Positions 55,994 through 64,000 of a stretch of 64,000 nucleotides of DNA are shown here, in pieces. Below the pieces are notes generated by a model. It searched no databases, was not told the DNA's origin, and worked only from the letters and a program-made list of their open reading frames with translations. The first letter of the stretch is position 1. Each line of letters starts with the position of its first letter. Origin of the DNA: Octopus vulgaris (taxonomy: Eukaryota); assembly GCA_951406725.2 (NCBI GenBank), contig OX597824.1:53878001-53942000 (forward strand). Direction: 5' to 3'. The position numbers and the translations under genes are program-made.

Positions 55994-56950
55994 TTACTAT
56001 TATAAACAATGGTAACACACAGTTGGAATCTCCATCAGTCTAAAAGTTAAAATACAGTTTTTACCATCAAGTCTTTTTGTTAAACAGCCACCCAGTTTAA
56101 TCTCTGGTTACCTTGAATTTTTTTTTTTCCAGAATTTTGAAACGCCCCAGAAAAATTCAATGATGTAACACTGTTCCTTTGATTAGAAACTAAACTCACA
56201 CATTACCAACTCAAAGGATTACATCTTTATAATTATTTGAATCGTAATAATGCAATCAATTTTATGAATTACACAACTCGCTTTTCAGGCAGTAAAAAAT
56301 CAAATATTAAGAAGGCTCCGCACACTAAGTTAATTACATAATAATGAGATGAGGTTATTTCCTTCATTCTTCCCCCTTCTAATTCATATGCAAATGTGTT
56401 TGTATATAAAAGAGTATGTATTCCTTATGCTTTAAAACTTTTTTTGCTATTAATATCTATTTTTCTATAATACCAGAGGTAGGATGATTTTTGAAAATTC
56501 TGGTACTTACCTATCAGTGGAGAAGTTGCTTTTATAGTTGTTGTCATTACAACTAAACTAGGAGTAGCCATGCAACTCTACATTTGTCTAGAGACAACAC
56601 AAACTGACATACTTTGGTTTATTTCTTGTCACTCAAATAAAAAAAACTCCGATCCACCTTTCACTCTTGGTACATTTTTCTTGTTGTCATAACTATTTGG
56701 TCTACCTTAGCATTCAAAAACTTCATTGGGAACTTTAAAAACAGGCTTTAATTTAAAATGTGTTCTCAAGAAAAATCTCAGCAAAATGCCAAAATGTGAA
56801 AATGAGCAAGACAAATGAAAATATGCATTTCTCCATAGCAACAGCATCCTTGGAAGATGATTGTTCAGTTAATGAATGGAGTAAACCAGAAGAGAATTTT
56901 TTTTTAAACCTGAACAAGTTGAATCATACCTACAAGATGTTGTTTAGTTA

Positions 56951-57193
<243 letters not shown>

Positions 57194-57829
57194 TCAAGAA
57201 TCAGGCTAACCATCAGAACACCTAGCACTCAGCTGTACATACAAGTCATACTCATATTTATTAGGAAATGGGATAGATTGTTGTAAATACTTAATGTTTC
57301 TCCGATGAAGAAGGTACCATACAATGACATTAGATGGATTCAGTCACAAGACAATCTAGAGAATAATGTATGGAAATTGAAAAAAATCTTTTGGCTTCAC
57401 TAGAAGTTCTAGGTAAGGTGTATTCAAGAAGGATGAGGAGATACAAACTAATAACATTGAATACATCTAAGAGTTTCTACATGCAACTTGAAACTCAGTT
57501 TCAGAATGTCTGTACTACAAACCACCGGAAAATGTGTGGATGAAGCAATGCTCTAGTTAAATGGAAGTGGCAGGATGGTATCATAGATACTAAGAACAAA
57601 GAGATATATCTGGAAAGAATCAAAGTAAGTGGTTAGGAAGAAACAATATCAGATAACTAGTAGGGGGGGGGTTACAAGTCAGGTAGTTAAGAAACAAGCA
57701 GACAGTAAGAGATTGGCCAATGTCCTGACATTGAACTACTTTTGTGGCATCAGCATAGCAAGTGTGGCTGTCTGTGTAACTGGTGGCATGTCAAAAGAGC
57801 AACCATGAACAGCAGTGGCCCCAATACAG

Positions 57830-58255
57830 TTCCTCAGGCACTTCTTTTCTGCCCTTTCCTTTTCATGGGAGTGTTTGAGTTCATTTTCGATCTCGAGCAA
57901 TTTTCATTTCAGGTAGGCCCATTTAAACGATTTCAAATTTTTGCTCATCATCTCATTAGAATCCTCCTATAACTGGAAGATATATTTTTCAGCTGCTTTG
58001 GCATTCTCTCTGGAACAAACTTACAGCAGATATCATGCATGATTGCCATACGGTGTTGTAACTTCACGTCAATGTCTTCTGGCAGACCAGTTATGTTCTA
58101 TGACCTATTTCTCGATACCCTTCCAATGAGCTTTGTGAACGTTCAGGTTGGAAAGGAGTTTAGAGATTCTACTAGCCTGCATGTCTGTAGTCTTCAGCAG
58201 ACCATACATTGTTAGTTCTATTAAGTTATGGTCAGATAGAATCGTCAGGAGTGAT
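57830..58255 (-). mobile_element. Degenerate CR1/Jockey-type LINE fragment (endonuclease end and tether)
   Basis: TILSDHNLIEL...LSNLNVHKAHWKGI...LLEIENELKHSHEKER. Confidence 0.6.
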
Positions 58256-58260
58256 GTACA

Positions 58261-60313
58261 TCTCTATTTATAAAACTGAAATGTGAAAAGTTTGTTTGTT
58301 TGTTTCTTTGTCTAGTTTTGGCATTGAGAACGGGTTAAAGGCCACTAGATCCCGTCGGATTGACTCCAAAATTTACAAGGACATGTAAAATGAGGTGACG
58401 ATGCCAGTGGGCTAGGTTAGAAATCCCCATCTTAAAAGGTGTTGTTGCTAGGGCCAAAAACTCACTTTCACAAGTCTACTCTCATTCTTTTATGTATCTG
58501 TCTTTTCTGTCACTCACTCTCTTTCCTCCCTTCCCATCACTTTCTATATATAACGTTGTCTAACAGCGTCTAACTCCCCTTCACTTTCTGTTTATAACAT
58601 CCTCAAACGGCATTCTATATCTCCCCTTCCCCGCCTTCGACAGCGCTTTCACACACTCTCTCTCTCTCTACGTCTGTCTGCATTTATAGACAGAATTATC
58701 ATCGCCACCACCACCACCACAATCATGAGAACAAATATTATGAATCACATATTTATTGGGTTAATTTATATATGTGTGTGTGTGTGTTCTATATATAAAT
58801 ATGTATATATAATGTATATATACAAAGTGTATATATCTGTATTTATGTATATTAAACCTTTTAATACTTTTTGATAGTTATATATATTTTTTTAAAAATT
58901 ATAATATAAATTAATAATTTTTATTTTAAATTTAAATAATTTAAATTTTTCAATTTTATATTTTATATATTTCGTATATTATATTTTTATTTTTATGTTT
59001 TGGTTTTTCACTGTTTGATTTGCCTATTAGTGGTTTTATCTCTAATTTAATTTATACATATATATATATATAATTTGTATACATTTGTATATATAATGCG
59101 TGCACACACACACATATACATAATATAATGTGTGCATTATGTGGTCGGTTGAGCTGAAAACATGCACACCTATGTTAAAAGTGCTGGCAAGTTTGCATAA
59201 CAACTATTTTTTTCCTTAAATGAAAGGCGTGACCACTAGGGCAAAATTCCTCATCTTATAAAATGTGGCCCCAGTAGACCTGAATGAAATGGGGTTATAT
59301 TAACCAAAATGTGAAAAGGGGTCTAAATGGGGCTGGAAGGGGATTAAAATTTCAATGAGCGGGTGTTTAGGAATTCTCTGTTACATCAAGCTAAAAAATT
59401 TGCGCCAGCCTTTTAATCGTCAATGTGTTGCCGTCCATGATGAAGAAGCTTTAAATGCTTGCCATGGTGAGTCTACTGTCGTGAGAAAGAATCACTTCAA
59501 AACTGGTGTTTAGGAATTTTCTTTTACATCAAGTTCAAAATTTTACGCCAGCCGTTAAACTGTCAATACGTTGCTGTCCGTCATTAAGAAATGCCAGCCA
59601 TGGTGATTCTACTATCCTCAGATTCTATCCCTTCAAACTTTGGTATCCAATATTTTATTATTTTTATTCAGCTCGCAAGTTCGTCTGACCCTTTTAAATG
59701 TTAGTGTTTTGCTGTCTGCCTTGAAGCAGACCTTTCAGTTGATGCTGCCTGATATTTATGATTGATCTTTCAAAATATTTTATTTCTCAACTGACTCAAG
59801 ATCTTTTGTTATTTATAAATGGGAGAGAGATAGATAAAGATAGAGAGTAAGAGAAAGCAAGGGAGAGTCCGAGAGAAAAGAAAAGTAAGACAGTGGGAAA
59901 GTGAGAGAGAAAGGAGAGAGAAACAAAGATGGAGAATCACATCATCATCATCGTTTAACGTCCGTTTTCCGTGCTAGCACGGGTTGTACAGTTTGACCGG
60001 GGTCTGGGAAGCCAGGAGGCTGCACCAGGCTCCAGTCTGATCTGGCAGTGTTTCTACAGGTGAATGCCCTTCCTAACACCAACCACTCTGTGAGTGTAGT
60101 GGGTGCTCTTTTCGTGCCACCGGCATGGGTGACAGGGAAGCTGGCAGCGGCCACGATTGGTTGGTGCTTTTTATGTGCCACCGGCACAGAAACCAATCAA
60201 GGCAGTGCTGGCATCGGCCACATTCGGATAGTGCTTTTTATGTGCTGAAAGGAAGCAATAGAAAGTAACAACCACACTCTTACCCGCGCGTAGAGCGGGT
60301 AACCTTAAGCTGG
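58261..60313 (+). mobile_element. Non-autonomous Helitron-like element with a nested RTE tail (59940-60245, minus)
   Basis: A|TC 5' end (TCTCTATTTATAAAA), GC hairpin ACCCGC-gcgtaga-GCGGGT at 60282-60300, terminal CTGG|T, no TSD. Confidence 0.65.
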
Positions 60314-60317
60314 TTTA

Positions 60318-60857
60318 CATATATATATCTATAGATATATATAAATATATATATCTATATATAAATATATGTATATATCTATATCTAAATATATGTATAT
60401 ATCTATATCTAAATATATGTATATATCTATATCTAAATATATGTATATATCTATATCTAAATATATGTATATATCTATACCTAAATATATATATCTATAT
60501 CTATATCTAAATATATATATATATATCTATATCTAAATATATCTATATATCTATATCTAAATATATCTATATATCTATATCTAAATATATCTATATATCT
60601 ATATCTAAATATATCTATATATATCTATATCTAAATATATCTATATATATCTATATCTAAATATATCTATATATATCTATATCTAAATATATCTATATAT
60701 ATCTATATCTAAATATATCTATATATATCTATATCTAAATATATCTATATATATCTATATCTAAATATATCTATATATATCTATATCTAAATATATCTAT
60801 ATATATCTATATCTAAATATATATATATATATATCTATATCTAAATATATATATATA
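60318..60857. repeat. AT-rich minisatellite, 24-26-bp unit (atatatctatatatatctatatctaa)n
   Basis: Roughly 20 visible units grown from a (TA)n tract. Confidence 0.93.
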
Positions 60858-61433
60858 TTTCTTCTTCAATTTCAACTCCCGCTCGATGCCCGCAGCAAGT
60901 TCTTAAAAATTTATCTTACTATTTGTATTCGTTGTTACTACGTTTATTCATACACTGTTACGAAAATTTAACCTTTTAGGCTACTTTCAAGCCTTCGCCA
61001 TAACTTGATTTATCTTTCCTATCTCTCTCTCTACAAAATGTAACCTTAGGCTGCCTCAAGCCGTAATCCCATCTTTTCCCATCTTTCCGCCATTGGCGGT
61101 CTTTTTCCCCCTCTTCTTCTTCTTATGCTAAAACTTGAAAATCGCCATTACCATTACGATTCTGCAATTTAAATTCCCAGTTCAACTTACTTTCTTCTTC
61201 AATTTCAACTCCCGCTCGATGCCCGCAGCAAGTTCTTAAAAATTTATCTTACTATTTGTATTCGTTGTTACTACGTTTATTCATACACTGTTACGAAAAT
61301 TTAACCTTTTAGGCTACTTTCAAGCCTTCGCCATAACTTGATTTATCTTTCCTATCTCTCTCTCTACAAAATTTAACCTTAGGCTGCCTCAAGCCGTAAT
61401 CCCATCTTTTCCCATCTTTCCGCCATTGGCGGT
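60858..61433 (+). repeat. 333-bp-period tandem repeat (about 1.7 copies) upstream of RTE copy 5
   Basis: tttcttcttcaatttcaactcccgctcg at 60858 and 61191; 60858-61100 almost identical to 61191-61433. Confidence 0.93.
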
Positions 61434-61450
61434 GCGCCCGCCCCCCCACC

Positions 61451-61660
61451 CCCACCACCAATACCGTTGAACACTGTTCTCACCCCCACCACCAATACCG
61501 TTGAACACTGTTCTCACCCCCACCACCAATACCGGTGAACACTGTTCTCACCCCCACCACCAATACCGGTGAACACTGTTCTCACCGCCACCACCACCAA
61601 TACCGGTGAACACTGTTCTCACCCCCCCCACCACCAATACCAGTATACCCTGTTCTCACC
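61451..61660 (+). repeat. 34-bp minisatellite, ~6 copies (cccaccaccaataccgKtgaacactgttctcacc)
   Basis: Directly visible tandem units. Confidence 0.93.
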
Positions 61661-62067
61661 ATCTACACCGGATACGCCTTACTCATCTACACCGGGTACG
61701 CCCTACTCCCTCCTCCTCCCCGCACTACCCCTTCTCCTCATATGCTTTCACTGGGAAAAGACAAGCTGCTAGCGCCATAGCTCATCAACTGCCCACCGAT
61801 CTTACGCTTCCTCCTGACACTGCCTCAATCCGACCATCCCCTTTTAGTACCCTCCCGCCTCGTACTATCCTACGTTTTTATTTCTTAGGAACCTACACCA
61901 ACCCTTCCTGCCATCGTTCCTCCTTACCCCAACCTTCCCCACTGGTTGCTCCCCTATATTACCCGCCTCAACTGGACCCCCCTCCCCAACTCAACTCTAG
62001 AATATCTGTATTTCTTTCCTCTACCTAATTACGTTACTCAGTGACGATAACGAATGTCCACTGCTAA

Positions 62068-64000
62068 CACCAGCTCCTGCCCACGGCGTGGTCAGGTTGG
62101 AAGAGAGATCAAAAGAAAAATACCACGAAAACTATCACCACCACTACAACCCTCCTCTTCTCAGGCGCCGAATCCCCCTGTCCCCCCCACATCTCCTTCC
62201 CAGTTTTCAGAGTTGGCACTATCAATGTTGGTACATTGACAGGCAAGTCTAGTGAGATTGTAGAGATGCTAGAGAGAAGACAGGTTGATGTATGCTGCAT
62301 ACAAGAGGTAAGATGGAGAGATGCTTCGGCTAGGGTCCTCACGGGCAAGGCACTTAGATACAAACTCTACTGGCAAGGTAACGCGGAAGGTGTAGGGGGT
62401 GTAGGCATTCTCCTTGCGGAGGAATGGGTGGATAAGGTCATAGAGGTTGTCAGGGTTTGTGATAGAGTGCTTAAGCTCAGGTTGGTCCTACAGAGTGGCA
62501 CAGCTATGATTATCTCAGCCTATGCCCCACAAGCGGGACTACCAAATGATCAGAAGGACAACTTTTATGATACCCTTCTGCAGGCTACTTCAAAGACTAG
62601 TAACAAGGACCTCATCTTTGTAGGTGGAGATTTTAATGGGCATGTTGGGCGGGAATCGGGTATCTTCACTGGGGTACATGGTGGCTATGGTATTGGCACC
62701 AGAAATGATGAGGGAACTAGACTACTGGAATTCTGTGATGCATGTAACCTTTCAATCTGCAACACTAACTTCAAGAAGCCAGTCTGCCACCTTATAACTT
62801 ATCAGTCAGGAGACTCCGCTAGCCAAATAGACTTCATCCTCACCAGACAACGGGATGCAGGGTTGCTCTTGAATACAAAGACCCTCCCGGGTGAAGAATG
62901 TATCCCTCAGCATAGACTAATCATCAGTGACTTTAAGCTTGAGGCCAGAAGGACTCCAAGAAACAAACCAATCCAGAAAAGAAGGATTTGGAGGCTAAAG
63001 AACCCTTCGCATGGTCAGAAATTTAGGGACATACTCATCAAGAAATTTGATGAGAGGGAAGAGGAGCTTCAGACGTCAGACATAGAAGGTAGCTGGGAAT
63101 TCCTACGGGACAGCTTGTTGAGTGCCACAGACCAAGTTTGTGGATGGTGCAAAGTCCCTTCCAGACCTAGAATTACGTGGTGGTGGAATAGTGCAGTAGA
63201 TAAAGCCATCTGTGAAAAGAGACGGGCCTGGAAAGCCTGGAAGGATGGGGGCAGCAGGGAACTGTACCAGATAGCCAAAAGGGAGGCTGGGCGGCAGGTA
63301 TACATTGCCAAAGATGTAGCAGAAAAGAAGAAGTTTGCCAATGTCCAGCGTCGCGAGGATCAAAGAGCTGAAGTATTTCGGATTGCCAGACAGTGTGTCA
63401 GAGAAAATAGCGATGTTATAGGAGAGAAATGTGTCCGCATGGATGATGGGGCACTTGCTTTTACTACTAGTGAAAAGAAAGAGGCTTGGAGAAGCCATTA
63501 TGAAAGACTGCTGAATGAGGAGAATGAATGGGAGGAGGAGAGCCTGCCAAATGTTGACCCAGTAGAGGGACCAGCTACCCGAATAGACAGCTCCCTTGTA
63601 GATAAGGCAATTAAGGATATGAAACCAGGCAAAGCCCCTGGCCTATCAGGAATCACTGCTGAGATGCTTAAAACAGCTGGCTATGTGGGCCATGCCATAG
63701 TCACCCGCATTGTAAACCAGGTAGTTCACAATGGAGCCATACCCAATGACTGGTGCAGCAGTACCATAGTCAACTGCTACAAGGGTAAGGGTGATGCTCT
63801 AGATAGAAATAACTACAGAGGTATCAAACTGTTGGACCAGGTGATGAAGGTCTCAGAGAAGGTCATAACCAATCTCATTAGGGAGAGAATTTGTTTAGAT
63901 GAAATGCAGTTCGGTTTTGTACCAGGTAGAAGCACCACTGATGCTATATTCCTGGTCCGACAACTGCAGGAGAAGTACCTAGCTAAAGATAAACCCCTCT
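62068..64000 (+). mobile_element. RTE-clade LINE copy 5 (different subfamily): uninterrupted APE-RT ORF running off the window end
   Basis: Frame read codon by codon, stop-free from 62068 to 64000: FRVGTINVGTL, DVCCIQEVRW, GDFNGHVG, QIDFIL, QHRLII, KAPG.SGI, NYRGIKLL, QFGFVPGRSTTDAIF; absent from ORF track because it has no stop. Confidence 0.95.

Overview
Eukaryotic, AT-rich and repeat-dense genomic DNA. The SINE/RTE repeat families and microsatellite style suggest a coleoid cephalopod, probably Octopus (inference). The whole window lies inside one minus-strand gene, a HEAT repeat-containing protein 5 (HEATR5B-like; Laa1/SWEETIE family, AP-1 accessory factor). I traced 17 consecutive coding exons by hand (57067 down to 3235; 2394 nt, 798 codons, all GT-AG, phases consistent, no stops). 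The gene start and end lie outside the window. The introns hold five large RTE-clade LINE copies (those covering the RT C-terminal half carry a PHD-type finger inside the RT; one copy has an uninterrupted ORF running off the window end), many RTE 3' tails, tRNA-derived SINEs, piggyBac derivatives and MITEs, mariner, Chapaev-like and Helitron-like elements, and Penelope-like palindromes. The best leads are: (i) a ~970-bp palindromic Penelope-like end joining a GIY-YIG C-terminus, a tRNA-like Pol III cassette and a hammerhead ribozyme core; (ii) a compact pseudoknot-compatible module reiterated in the RTE 3' UTRs; (iii) a perfect 35-nt antisense copy of an exon acceptor in a nearby intron; (iv) inverted LINEs bracketing two exons that would back-splice into a stop-free 501-nt circle. 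All coordinates and identities were read by eye, not computed.
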